Source of the DNA: Candidatus Dadabacteria bacterium
GTDB taxonomy: Bacteria; Desulfobacterota_D; UBA1144; Nemesobacterales; CSP1-2
DNA: 64,000 bases
NCBI GenBank assembly: GCA_963805855.1
Contig: CAWDVW010000003.1
Span: 17,151-81,150 of the forward strand
Direction: 5' to 3'
The notes under the pieces: generated by a model
The model's database searches: none
What the model was told of the DNA's origin: nothing
The model's input: the letters and a program-made list of their open reading frames with translations, nothing else
In this document: positions 48,565 through 58,870 of the stretch, one piece after another
How the letters are laid out: the number at the start of each line of letters is the position of its first letter
How positions within the stretch are numbered: the stretch's first letter is position 1
Program-made: the position numbers and the translations under genes

Positions 48565-49800
48565 ATGGATTCTAAAGCTATTAACCGGAAATTGCTTCTA
48601 TGTTACATAAGTGGCCTTGATTTGCGGCGGATAAATGCTGGGACGACACCGTTCATTTCCGAATCCCTTGATCTATACCCAAAAGTATTTATCAGAAATC
48701 TTCCGAGCAATGACTTGCTTCCCACCATTTTGACAGGTACTTATCCAACCGAGCATGGGATGTGGGGGGTTAAACTAAAGAGTAAGACTACTGAACCTTT
48801 TTCTGCTAGATTGACGGATCTGCTTCCTGATATAGTAACCACTTCGGTTCAATGCCTGGTACACCTTTTCACTGGATCTTTCGATTTGGCTGCCATGCCT
48901 CCAAAACGTCGACGACTTTTTGAATTAAAGAGGACCAAATATCACAGGCGAACTAGGTTAACCGAAGCTCTTTTGGAAATTGGTGGCATAGAGACTTGCT
49001 TGGGTGTAGTGGGGAAAAGCGAGAGCCGCTATCTTTATAGTAATTCCTCGGATCCTATAAAAAATGTACCGAATAAAATAGGCTCCGGGTTGTACAAGCT
49101 TGAAATTCTTGAACTCTATTCTTTAGATCTCATACAGCAGTGGAATTTGGACAGAGTCCAAAAAATAAGCGACTTCTACTCCCGAATTGATAGATTTCTG
49201 AACAGTATTTCCGAGCGATGTAAGGCAAATGGAGTAATTCTCTCGCTTTTGTCTGACCATGGGCACGAAGAGATAAAAGGCTCAATAGATATAAATAGGG
49301 AATTAAATAGGTTAAATGTAGCTGAAGATGAATACACCTTCTTTATAGATGTTTCCGTGGCCAGGTTTTGGTTCAGAACAGTGTCAGCTCGTCGTGAAAT
49401 TTTGTCAAAGCTATCTGAACTAGAAAATGTAACTTTATTAACGTCAGAAAATTTGAAGGAATACCATCTTTTATTTCCTGATTCACAATATGGTGAAGTA
49501 TTTTTTGTATCAGATCCAGGGTATATTTTCTTTCCACATGATTTTTATCAACCCCTTGCAAACCTTTATTTAGCACTTTCTGACTCGAGGCAGATAAGCA
49601 GGTTAAAAAACCCGAGACACAGAGGGACCCATGGATATCTTCCGCATCATGAGTCGGAGAGGGCATTTATGATAGTCTTTGATGAACAATGTAAAGCCAG
49701 AAGAGAGCAAATCGATATAATTGATGTTGCACCCTCTGTTCTTTCGATATTGGGATATCGCATTCCCGACTCAATGGGAGGATTTTCCATTTTTTCTTGA
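48565..49800 (+). CDS. Alkaline phosphatase superfamily (NPP-like) protein, paralog 3
   Basis: TGTYPTEHG, LSDHG, ARFWF, FPHDF, GTHG, DVAPSVL. Confidence 0.85.
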   Translation: MDSKAINRKLLLCYISGLDLRRINAGTTPFISESLDLYPKVFIRNLPSNDLLPTILTGTYPTEHGMWGVKLKSKTTEPFSARLTDLLPDIVTTSVQCLVHLFTGSFDLAAMPPKRRRLFELKRTKYHRRTRLTEALLEIGGIETCLGVVGKSESRYLYSNSSDPIKNVPNKIGSGLYKLEILELYSLDLIQQWNLDRVQKISDFYSRIDRFLNSISERCKANGVILSLLSDHGHEEIKGSIDINRELNRLNVAEDEYTFFIDVSVARFWFRTVSARREILSKLSELENVTLLTSENLKEYHLLFPDSQYGEVFFVSDPGYIFFPHDFYQPLANLYLALSDSRQISRLKNPRHRGTHGYLPHHESERAFMIVFDEQCKARREQIDIIDVAPSVLSILGYRIPDSMGGFSIFS

Positions 49801-49932
49801 TTTCTGTATTTGTCGCCGGGCGCTCATCTCCTCCAACCTTGACTATAGGCGCTTTTTCACGCAGGGTGGCAGAATACCGTATTCTTAGTTTAAAAAAGGG
49901 GCTGTGAATTTAAAATATTTCAGTTTAGGAAA

Positions 49933-51153
49933 ATGAAAATACTTTTTTGTAACTACGAATACCCACCACTTGGCGGTGGTGGAGGAGTTGCGACTTCTTT
50001 TATTGCACATGAACTAGCCAAGCGTCATGAAGTCACTGTGTTGACATCTCAGTTACGGGGGCTACCGTCCAAGCAGGCTACTGATAGAGTACAGATCATC
50101 CGAGTCCCCGTCATTTTCCGAAAAGAGAAGACAGTGGCAAATCTACTTTCGCTGATGACCTTTATTCCATTGGCGATAAGAACTGGCAAAAAGCTTTTGG
50201 AAAATAGTAACTATGATCTCATTAATACTCATTTTGCTCTCCCTACTGGACCGGTGGGAGATACTCTAGCTCGTCATGCCAAAATTCCGAATGTTCTTTC
50301 CTTGCATGGCGGAGATGTCTATGACCCAAGTAAACTTTTTTCTCCGCACCGAAATCCATTGCTCCAGGCTTGGATAAGAAGGCTTTTAAGAAAGGCAGAT
50401 AGGGTGGTGGTCAATTCAAATGACACCTTAGATAATATGAGACGCTATTATTTGGACGATATTGACGTGACAAGGATTGAGTTAGGAATACGGGGCCATG
50501 ATGTGGGAACAGCTTTGCGTGGAAAGTATGGCTGCAAGAGTGAAGAAGCCCTTCTGGTAACTGTTGGAAGACTTATCGCTCGTAAGGCTGTTGATCAGCT
50601 GATCTCGCTAATAGCATTGTTGAACGAGGAAAATGTGCGTTTGCTGATTTTAGGTACGGGTCCTCAAGAAAAGGTTCTTATAGAAACAAGAAATAGAAAA
50701 GGTCTCGAGAATAAAATCCTCTTTTTGGGGCATGTGGATGAAAACGAGAAGTTTCGAATTTTGAAAATGTGTGATATCTATGTCTCAACAAGTCAGCATG
50801 AGGGTTTTGGATTAGCTTTTTTAGAAGCGATGCAAAGTGGGCTACCTATTGTTTGTTACGACAACGGTGGGCAGAATGATTTTTTAAAAGATCAAGAGAC
50901 GGGTTATCTCGTACAACTCAATGATATCAATCAGTTTACTAAGAAGTGCGAGATATTGGTTAGAAATCCAATGCTTCGTGAAGAAATTGGTGAATACAAT
51001 AGGCTTAAAGCACAGGACTTTCATATTGATAGGTGCGCTGCTATGTATGAAGATGTTTTCATCAAAACCCTATTAACATTTAGAGATAATAAACGTTACA
51101 ATGTTGGTGCAAAAGAGATGAGCCACGATTTCAAGAATAAAGACTACGAGTAG
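49933..51153 (+). CDS. GT4 glycosyltransferase
   Basis: NYEYPPLGGGGG, VGRL..RK, HEGFGLAFLEAM..GLPIV. Confidence 0.93.
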   Translation: MKILFCNYEYPPLGGGGGVATSFIAHELAKRHEVTVLTSQLRGLPSKQATDRVQIIRVPVIFRKEKTVANLLSLMTFIPLAIRTGKKLLENSNYDLINTHFALPTGPVGDTLARHAKIPNVLSLHGGDVYDPSKLFSPHRNPLLQAWIRRLLRKADRVVVNSNDTLDNMRRYYLDDIDVTRIELGIRGHDVGTALRGKYGCKSEEALLVTVGRLIARKAVDQLISLIALLNEENVRLLILGTGPQEKVLIETRNRKGLENKILFLGHVDENEKFRILKMCDIYVSTSQHEGFGLAFLEAMQSGLPIVCYDNGGQNDFLKDQETGYLVQLNDINQFTKKCEILVRNPMLREEIGEYNRLKAQDFHIDRCAAMYEDVFIKTLLTFRDNKRYNVGAKEMSHDFKNKDYE

Positions 51154-51233
51154 GCAATCAGAGATTTTTGCTATTTGTCAAGTAAGGTGAAAGCTTTAAT
51201 TCGATATATTCCTTGCAATTATATTTAAATTAA

Positions 51234-52733
51234 ATGCTAAGTTTAAAACAGAATGAAAAGACGACTGCATGGGTATTGCTTGGCATTATTATTTTACTGT
51301 CGCTATGTTTGAGGTTTTATGATTTGGGAGGTGAGAGTTACTGGTATGACGAAGTAATAATGTTGCGCGTTGCCCGAGATAATATCTGGGCGATTATTGA
51401 AGGCGGTCGCCCTCCTATATATATAATTCTGGCTCATTTCTGGATTAAGCTCTTTGGGACTGAAGAGGTCGCAACAAGGTCGCTATCAGCGATATTTGGT
51501 GTGGCATCTATTCCGTTAATTTATTTGATAGGTAAAGAGTTGCTCAACAGGAAAGTGGGTTTGATCAGCGCTTTTCTCATGGCGATCTCTCAGTTTCAAA
51601 TATATTACTCTCAAGATATCAGGTATTACAGCTTATTTGTGCTAATGACCCTGGTGTCATATTACTTTTTTGTTATTGCACTGCGAAATAGAAATATCAT
51701 TAACCTTGCATTATATGTGCTTACTACCGTTTTGTTATTTTATACTCATACGTTTGGCGTATTCGTAATCGCTGCTCAAAATTTGTACTTCTTGCTTAGA
51801 TGGAGGTGCCATAGGAATGTAGCGGTAAACTGGATTATTGGCCAAGCAATCATCCTTTTTGCAATAATGCCTAAAATTCTTCGTTCTATCGGTAAGGTAG
51901 TAGAGGGAAAGGCTGGCTCGATGCGTTGGCTTCCTGAACCGTCGCCGTGGTCACCATTAATAACCCTTCGCAACTTTATTGGTGCCGGTCTGGATTATCC
52001 CTCATTGAACACCGTGATCATCGGGGTTAGTTTTTTTGTGGTTGCTACAGGTGCTTATATTTTGTGGGTGGGAAAGGAGCGGTGGCTAGCAAGTGTGGGA
52101 GATCTTTTGTCAGGCTTCAAAAGCGTGATGAGTAAGGGAAACGAGTTACTCTTGCTGGTATTGTGGATTACGATTCCTATATTGCTTCCCCTTCTCTTAT
52201 CCAAAATTTTCGGACCTATGTATCATCATAGATATATGATTAGCGCGTCACCGGCGTTTTATATTATTTTAGCGTTCCTAGTTGCAAGGCTAGGGAAAGT
52301 GGTACCAGAATTGATAAGCCTGGGCTTAGTGGTGATCGTCGTCACACCGGGATTGCTGGAGTTTTACGCGAGTCCGGTAAGGGAGCAATGGCGGGAAGCG
52401 GCTGAATATGTGGAGGATAAGTCGACGATTGATGATGTAATAATATTCGCTGACGGTGGGACAAGCCAGAATCGCCGCACTTTTGATTGGTATTATAAGG
52501 GGGATCTGTCAAAGTGTGGCATTAACATGTACTCAAAGGACTATGCATCCATCGATAGGGAGTTTATGAAATGCAAGAAAGACGCTGGCCGGTTTTGGTT
52601 CGTGGTGCGAGAGGTGCCGTACCCGGCACCCTATTTAACCGATTACTTCTTAAACAACACGAAAAGAAACATAAAGCTGATTACGGAACGAAGGTTTACG
52701 AAAATCACAGTCTACTTATTTCAAATGATGTAA
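51234..52733 (+). CDS. GT39/GT83 (PMT_2-like) membrane glycosyltransferase
   Basis: SYWYDE, PPIY, RSLSAIFG, YSQDIRYY; multi-TM. Confidence 0.88.
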   Translation: MLSLKQNEKTTAWVLLGIIILLSLCLRFYDLGGESYWYDEVIMLRVARDNIWAIIEGGRPPIYIILAHFWIKLFGTEEVATRSLSAIFGVASIPLIYLIGKELLNRKVGLISAFLMAISQFQIYYSQDIRYYSLFVLMTLVSYYFFVIALRNRNIINLALYVLTTVLLFYTHTFGVFVIAAQNLYFLLRWRCHRNVAVNWIIGQAIILFAIMPKILRSIGKVVEGKAGSMRWLPEPSPWSPLITLRNFIGAGLDYPSLNTVIIGVSFFVVATGAYILWVGKERWLASVGDLLSGFKSVMSKGNELLLLVLWITIPILLPLLLSKIFGPMYHHRYMISASPAFYIILAFLVARLGKVVPELISLGLVVIVVTPGLLEFYASPVREQWREAAEYVEDKSTIDDVIIFADGGTSQNRRTFDWYYKGDLSKCGINMYSKDYASIDREFMKCKKDAGRFWFVVREVPYPAPYLTDYFLNNTKRNIKLITERRFTKITVYLFQMM

Positions 52734-52984
52734 ATGTCGTTGATCATCTGTGGTGTAAAGCGCTGATTCTTTTTTATTAATTGCAATTATCCAGTTTCTC
52801 TAATATCCCTGTATCTTTTTAATGAAGCGCAAGGTCTGATACCTACCGGTTTGTTTTTTGTCAAAAGAGCCATTACTAGTGTAAGATATGGATAAATTAG
52901 ATTATTATTACTATTAGGCCCAAACCTTAAGAATTTGGTAGTTCACTAGTAATCTTAAGATTTTAGATAGAGGGGGATTGTTTT

Positions 52985-53221
52985 ATGAGAAATCATTTAA
53001 ATGTAATTTTTGGTACCTCAGTATTTTTGTTAGCTCTATATTTTTTATCAGCTTTGAATGCATTCTCTTATATTGATCCTGGAAGCGGAAGTTATGTTTT
53101 GCAGATACTAATTGCAAGTGTCTTGGGTATATTAACTTTGATGAAGATCTATTGGTCAAAGCTGAAAACGTTCTTCGCCAGTTTTTTGCTCAAGAAGCCG
53201 GATAATGAATCCAAGAAATGA
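52985..53221 (+). CDS. Small membrane protein with YIDPGSGS motif
   Basis: 78 aa, two hydrophobic helices around SYIDPGSGSYVLQ; overlaps the next gene. Confidence 0.8.
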   Translation: MRNHLNVIFGTSVFLLALYFLSALNAFSYIDPGSGSYVLQILIASVLGILTLMKIYWSKLKTFFASFLLKKPDNESKK

Positions 53222-54626
53222 TAAATTTTTAGGCCCGAAGACGTCACCCAGTTCATTTCGTGATAGAAGCGGTTTTGTCTTCTTTCGTGATTTTCAATTA
53301 TATCGCCAAGTCAACAACGATTACGCCGACACTTATGAGGCACTTATAGGCTCCGGACTGTACGACGAGCTTGTTAGAAAACGATATTTAATCGAGCATG
53401 AAGAGGTGTCCATTGGTAATGCTTTCTCGGATGATGTCTATAAGGTTATAAAACCGTGTTTGATACCTTTTATTTCTTATCCGTACGAATGGTGTTTCAG
53501 TCAATACAAAAACGCAGGACTTTTGACTTTAGAAATTCAAAGAACCGCCCTTGAATACGGTATGTCGCTCAAGGATGCAAGCGCATACAACATTCAATTT
53601 ATTGATTGTAAACCTGTGCTGATTGATACACTTTCTTTCGAAAAGTATACCGAAGGCAAGCCTTGGGTCGCTTATCGACAGTTCTGTCAGCATTTTCTCG
53701 CTCCCCTCGCTGTTATTTGTTACCGAGACGTTCGCCTCGGCCAATTGATGAGAGTGTTTATTGATGGTTTGCCACTCGATCTGGTGAGCGGTCTCCTTCC
53801 TTTCAGAACAAAGACGAAGTTTTCTCTACTTTCTCATATACATCTTCACTCAAAGGCTCAGAAGAGGTTTTCCGATAAAGGGTTTAATGACAAAAAAAGA
53901 AGGATTAGCAGGATCGGCTTTATTAGTATAATAGATAGCCTGAAATCAGCAGTTCAAAGTCTCAGCTGGGATCCTGAAAAAACCGTGTGGTCGGACTATT
54001 ATGATAAGACCAATTACACGGAGCGAGGGTTTGCACAGAAGAGAGAAATTGTCTCGATTTTTTTAGATAAAATTTTAGATGAGATAAAGGATGCGAAGAC
54101 CTTATGGGATTTTGGCTCAAATGTTGGGGAATTTTCAAGGATCGCTGCGAGTAAGCGATTGCAGACGATCTCGTTTGATGCCGATCCCCATGTGGTTGAG
54201 GAAAATTATCTTAAAGCAGTCAGGGAAGGCGAAAAAAATCTTCTCCCCCTTTTATGTGATTTAACAAATCCGAGTCCTGATATAGGTTGGGAAAATAAAG
54301 AACGTTCATCACTCTTAAAAAGGGGACCCGCTGACATTGTACTAGCGTTGGCGCTGATACACCATCTGGCTATATCTAATAACGTACCGTTGTCTCATCT
54401 GGCAAAATTTTTCAGTAACATTTGTAACGCTTTGATTATTGAGTTTATACCAAAGTCCGACACAAGAGTTCAACAGCTTCTTTCAACTAGGCAGGATATT
54501 TTTAGAGATTATAATCAGGAATGTTTTGAACATGAATTCAAAAGCTATTTTTCAGTCCTTAATTCTGTTCATGTAAAGGATTCCGAAAGATCGATTTATT
54601 TGATGAGGAAACTCAAGCCCTTATAA
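53205..54626 (+). CDS. NoeA-like protein (kinase-like N-domain plus SAM methyltransferase domain)
   Basis: SFRDRSG, SYPYEW, LKDASAYNIQF, IDTLSF, DFGSNVGEFS, ALALIHHL. Confidence 0.8.
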   Translation: MNPRNDKFLGPKTSPSSFRDRSGFVFFRDFQLYRQVNNDYADTYEALIGSGLYDELVRKRYLIEHEEVSIGNAFSDDVYKVIKPCLIPFISYPYEWCFSQYKNAGLLTLEIQRTALEYGMSLKDASAYNIQFIDCKPVLIDTLSFEKYTEGKPWVAYRQFCQHFLAPLAVICYRDVRLGQLMRVFIDGLPLDLVSGLLPFRTKTKFSLLSHIHLHSKAQKRFSDKGFNDKKRRISRIGFISIIDSLKSAVQSLSWDPEKTVWSDYYDKTNYTERGFAQKREIVSIFLDKILDEIKDAKTLWDFGSNVGEFSRIAASKRLQTISFDADPHVVEENYLKAVREGEKNLLPLLCDLTNPSPDIGWENKERSSLLKRGPADIVLALALIHHLAISNNVPLSHLAKFFSNICNALIIEFIPKSDTRVQQLLSTRQDIFRDYNQECFEHEFKSYFSVLNSVHVKDSERSIYLMRKLKPL

Positions 54627-54715
54627 AATATGGGCTAGGAGAGTTGCTTGCAGCAGGGGAAATTTGTATCGATATGTGTATCACTTTTATTTTGAAATAA
54701 GCGAGGATTGGAGTA

Positions 54716-56863
54716 TTGTTTAGTTCAGTCCCAAGTTTCCAAATTGACCGATATAAAATACTCCAGGCATTACTCGTATCAGGTTGTTTAATTCTGTTTC
54801 TATGTTTTTTCACACCTCTTGACATATTCTTTAATAATTCTAAGGAATTCACTTACCGGTTCAGTGAGATTTATTTATACTTGCTATTAGTATCTGTACC
54901 TATTATCGCACTTCTAACCCTAATACTTATCCTCATTCCTAAATCCGTATTTGAAAGAGTACTGAGTCTGTTTCTTGTAATCATAATTTTACTTTGGGTC
55001 CAGGGAAACCTTTTTTATAAAGACTATGGTCCGCTGGACGGGAGTAAAATAAATTGGGACAAATGGGCTACTTTGGGCTATGTTGAGGCAATTGTCTGGT
55101 CGACGCTGATCATATTGGCGATAATTTTTTCGCCCTATATAAAAAACATTATCAATAAGGTCTGCATTGTCATACTACTTACTCTGATTTCCAGTTTGGC
55201 GATCAAATATTTAGGATACTCGTCTTTAGATTCCAGAAAAGTGATTTTTGATGAGTCGATTAAATTCGACTTTTCTTCGGACAAGAATGTCATTTTGATC
55301 CTTCTTGATGAAGCGCAATCAGATGTTTTTGATGAGATTATTTCCGAACATCCAGAGTTTAAGGAAAAGTTTAGCGGATTCGTTTATTATCCGGATACAG
55401 TCGCTGGGTTCCCATTTACTGAAACGTCTGTACCAAACATATTGACCGGTACATATTACGATAACTCAGTCCTATTCCGCGAGTACATTGAAAAAGCCTA
55501 TCTCGGAAATTCAATTCCAAAGGTATTAAAGGAAAACGATTTTCAGGTTGACTTGATTCCAACCTATTACGATGACACTCTTCTTAAGAGTACCACCATT
55601 GCTTCTAACGTTATTAAAAAAGGTCAGATTACAAATTTTAGGCAAGGCCTGAGCGATAGTCTCCATTTAATTGATATTGCAACTTTCCGCAGTGTACCCC
55701 ATTTATTGAAAAGATATGTAATGAATGATAACAAATGGTTTCTATCTCATTTTTTGCCTCCCAATAAGTCTAAACTAAGCCATTTAAACTGGTGGTCTGG
55801 GGACGATAATTTTTATGGTGAATTTTCGAAGATCAATGATTCCGTAAGAGTGCCCGTATTCAAGTTCTTCCATCTCAAAGGATGCCATGCACCATATAGT
55901 AAAGACGCCTTAGGGAAATATGTACCTAGCACCACAACGCGGGAAGCCTATAAGAACTTTTTAATTTATAATCTTAAAAGACTGGTTTCATTATTGGATG
56001 AATTAAAATCAAAAGGAATATATGATCGGTCTTTAATTTATATCTTCGGTGACCACGGTGCTGGCCGATATGAGGAGCTAAAAATCAATACTGAACTAAT
56101 AGAGAAAAATGGATATATTAATAGATGTACTATTCCACACAAAATCAAGGCAAGAGCAATTCCGCTCTTCATGACTAAAACTTTTTCTTCCACCGGAGAA
56201 TTAAAAATTTCAAGTAAGCCGGTATCTCTCGCCGACATTCCCCAAATGGTTTTTAAAGATCTTAATATTAAGTTAGATCAACAAGTTGGAGGTTTCTTAA
56301 ATAACGAATCTGCTTCACAACATACTCGTAGATATTTATTTTGGAATTTCCCGTATACTGATCCTCTATATGAGTATAGTGTTAAAGGCAATGGATGGTT
56401 AGATAGTTCATGGACTGGGCCCAATCGGGTTTATACTAAAAAAGGTTTTTATGAAAAGGACTTTTCTGCAGTATTTGAGAAAAGCAATTCAAACAACTAT
56501 AGGATAGAATCTTCTGGACCGAAGGAGAACTACGAATTCGAATCGTCCCGAGAAGGGAGTTATTCGATCACAGTTAATCGGGTAAATCGAAATTCACAGT
56601 ATTTTTTGAGTCTTATACTTGATAATAATATTGAATTAGCCGGTCTTGAAATTAACGTTTATGTTGACAGGAGAATAATTAAGAAGATAAAAGTAAAAAA
56701 AAATTCCCACATTTCGCAAATCCCCATTTTTGGCGTGCGCATCCCAAGGACATATTCTCTGAAAGGAGATTTCAATATAGATATCTCATACCGGGGAGAT
56801 GCCTCTTCAAAAATCGTTAACCCCTTTGAGTCCATACGATTATTTAAGCTCAAGAAAACTTAG
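54716..56863 (+). CDS. Membrane-anchored sulfatase/LTA-synthase-like transferase
   Basis: N-terminal TM block, then NVILILLDE, FPFTETSVP, HLKGCHAPY, GDHG, SLADI. Confidence 0.8.
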   Translation: MFSSVPSFQIDRYKILQALLVSGCLILFLCFFTPLDIFFNNSKEFTYRFSEIYLYLLLVSVPIIALLTLILILIPKSVFERVLSLFLVIIILLWVQGNLFYKDYGPLDGSKINWDKWATLGYVEAIVWSTLIILAIIFSPYIKNIINKVCIVILLTLISSLAIKYLGYSSLDSRKVIFDESIKFDFSSDKNVILILLDEAQSDVFDEIISEHPEFKEKFSGFVYYPDTVAGFPFTETSVPNILTGTYYDNSVLFREYIEKAYLGNSIPKVLKENDFQVDLIPTYYDDTLLKSTTIASNVIKKGQITNFRQGLSDSLHLIDIATFRSVPHLLKRYVMNDNKWFLSHFLPPNKSKLSHLNWWSGDDNFYGEFSKINDSVRVPVFKFFHLKGCHAPYSKDALGKYVPSTTTREAYKNFLIYNLKRLVSLLDELKSKGIYDRSLIYIFGDHGAGRYEELKINTELIEKNGYINRCTIPHKIKARAIPLFMTKTFSSTGELKISSKPVSLADIPQMVFKDLNIKLDQQVGGFLNNESASQHTRRYLFWNFPYTDPLYEYSVKGNGWLDSSWTGPNRVYTKKGFYEKDFSAVFEKSNSNNYRIESSGPKENYEFESSREGSYSITVNRVNRNSQYFLSLILDNNIELAGLEINVYVDRRIIKKIKVKKNSHISQIPIFGVRIPRTYSLKGDFNIDISYRGDASSKIVNPFESIRLFKLKKT

Positions 56864-56957
56864 GTGCGATCAAGGCTTAACTGTGGTATCTTATGGATTT
56901 TCATATGAAAGCAAGAGATTTCCGAGCCTGTATCCTTAGAGGTCATGGTTACGTATA

Positions 56958-58019
56958 GTGAAACAGTCTAATATATTCATACGTAATCTTGAAGCCTCTG
57001 AATACCTTGAGGTATTTCTTGTCTCAGCCGTATCTTCAATTCTCATTATACGTCTTTTTCTGAGACTTACCGGGTATCCTCAGATCGGTAATAGTAACCT
57101 CCACATCGCTCATATGCTCTGGGGTGGCCTGCTGATGTTAATTTCTATAATGATCCTTCTTTTTTTTCTAAGCAGAAGAATCGAGTGGTGGGCGGCGCTA
57201 TTTGGCGGGATTGGATTTGGCACATTCATTGACGAAGTTGGGAAATTTGTAACTCAGGACAACGACTACTTCTTTCAGCCGGCCGTCGCCATCATGTATG
57301 TCATATTCATACTGATTTATCTGGCGGTTCATACAATTCAATCCGGTTGGGGCTATACAAGAAGAGAATACCTCGTTAACGCGGTAGACAGTCTGAAGGA
57401 GTTAGCTTTACGGGATCTCGATGAGGAACAAAAGAAAAAGGCCATAGGCTATTTAAATAGGAGCAACCCATTAGATCCTCTCGTAAGTTCTACGAAAAGC
57501 TTGTTACTGAACGCACAGGCTGCACGAGATCCAAGTCCTGGAGTGTATGCTGGTTTAAAATCATATCTAAACAAACTTTATCTTACGGTTATAGAAAAGC
57601 GTGCTTTCACTTTGACTGTCATTATCGTTTTTTTACTGAAACTAGTTGTTACTACGTCGGCTGTCGTTTTTTATATTTTCTTTTTCGGATTGGGCTGGGA
57701 GAGGATTTTAAATTCATCAATTTTTAGTCATATGGCAAAGAGATTCTATAACATTTCGTTCGTAGATTGGGCTGAGATTCTATCATCCCTGGCATCAGGG
57801 ATTTTTGTTTTTATCGGAATATACTACATAAGGAAATCAAGGCTTAAAGCCTATCAAATGTTTGAAAGGTCGATTTTAATTTCAATTTTCCTCACTCAGG
57901 TTTTTATTTTCTATAAAGAACAGTTTGCTGCCTTAATCGGGCTTTCAATAAATATTCTCTTTCTCTTGGTGATTAAATTTATGATCGAACGGGAGAAATC
58001 GGAAGCTAAAATTGTTTAG
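56958..58019 (+). CDS. Hypothetical multi-TM membrane protein
   Basis: 353 aa with HIAHMLWGG and FIDEVGKF..DNDYFF conserved-looking motifs. Confidence 0.75.
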   Translation: MKQSNIFIRNLEASEYLEVFLVSAVSSILIIRLFLRLTGYPQIGNSNLHIAHMLWGGLLMLISIMILLFFLSRRIEWWAALFGGIGFGTFIDEVGKFVTQDNDYFFQPAVAIMYVIFILIYLAVHTIQSGWGYTRREYLVNAVDSLKELALRDLDEEQKKKAIGYLNRSNPLDPLVSSTKSLLLNAQAARDPSPGVYAGLKSYLNKLYLTVIEKRAFTLTVIIVFLLKLVVTTSAVVFYIFFFGLGWERILNSSIFSHMAKRFYNISFVDWAEILSSLASGIFVFIGIYYIRKSRLKAYQMFERSILISIFLTQVFIFYKEQFAALIGLSINILFLLVIKFMIEREKSEAKIV

Positions 58020-58040
58020 TATTTCAATGCAAGCTTTAAT

Positions 58041-58087
58041 TGGCAGCCTCTACGGGATTTGAACCCGTGTTTCTGCCTTGAGAGGGC
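58041..58087 (-). repeat. Duplicated 3' part of tRNA-Glu (att-like site)
   Basis: 47 nt matching 59648-59694 with one mismatch. Confidence 0.92.
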
Positions 58088-58502
58088 GGACATATTTTTA
58101 TATAACCTACTTCTGTCATTAGGAATTTTAAGGCCACTTTCAGGAAGGGGGATTGTAAGGGGATTGTTCGAACAAGCTATCTTGATTTAGAGGGATGACT
58201 TTTAAGCGTAGCTATGCCAGCCTTATTTCTCATAGGAAGGGCTCAGTCGATGGAGCAAGCCTGCATAGCTAGCTTCTAGCCGTCAAGTGCTGCAAGTCGG
58301 ATTCATTATCATTTTGCCCTCCGTTGATTCCATGATACCTATATCATCAATTTAATCTGTGCCCCTGTGATTGTCTTTCTTGTCTTCCTTGATTCGCGTA
58401 TCAGACAAAGTTCATCACCTGATGCCGACATTACAGTGTCATAAGAACTTGCCCTTATGGTTTGGCACTAATTAATATTTTTCACATGTTGAAAAAAACT
58501 AC

Positions 58503-58532
58503 TTGACAGTTCTAGTACTAAAGTGCTAGAGT
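58503..58532 (+). promoter_or_regulatory. Sigma70 promoter with overlapping palindromic operator
   Basis: TTGACA-18 bp-TAGAGT with TG extension; spacer contains TCTAGTACT-AA-AGTGCTAGA. Confidence 0.55.
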
Positions 58533-58610
58533 CGTTAATTGGAGAGGGCAGTTTCAAGTATTGAGGGTATGGTTTTAGTCCAAAATATAATTTATAGGAG
58601 GTGCGTTTTG

Positions 58611-58847
58611 ATGGTTGCCACCCTTGCATCATTAGTAGTGTTTTTTGTTAGTTCTTTTGGTGTTTCCCCACCAGAACCTGGGACGAACTGTATGGACGCG
58701 GTAGCAGATGTCGTACATCAAGGCCTACAGGAACAAAGTGTGGAGATAATCGAGAATGGGATAATCGTCACCATGGTTAGGGAGGGATGGAGAGAGAAAG
58801 TAGCTATAATTGGATGCGTTCTAGATGGTGGAATTGACGAAAAATAG
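58611..58847 (+). CDS. Small exported hypothetical protein
   Basis: AGGAGG SD before TTG/ATG 58608/58611; hydrophobic N-terminus; two Cys. Confidence 0.5.
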   Translation: MVATLASLVVFFVSSFGVSPPEPGTNCMDAVADVVHQGLQEQSVEIIENGIIVTMVREGWREKVAIIGCVLDGGIDEK

Positions 58848-58870
58848 AAATACCCAAGGAGGTAATTAAG

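Noticed and set aside
58041-58087. Second tRNA-Glu gene
   Set aside because: Lacks the 5' acceptor strand and D-arm; it is an att-type duplication.
58170-58330. Integrase C-terminal remnant on the minus strand
   Set aside because: Only a faint LSPSY..KAGIATL resemblance across a frameshift; not supportable without a search.
58511-58530. CIRCE element
   Set aside because: Half-sites resemble TAGCACT, but the spacing is 2 bp rather than the CIRCE N9 layout, and no chaperone gene follows.
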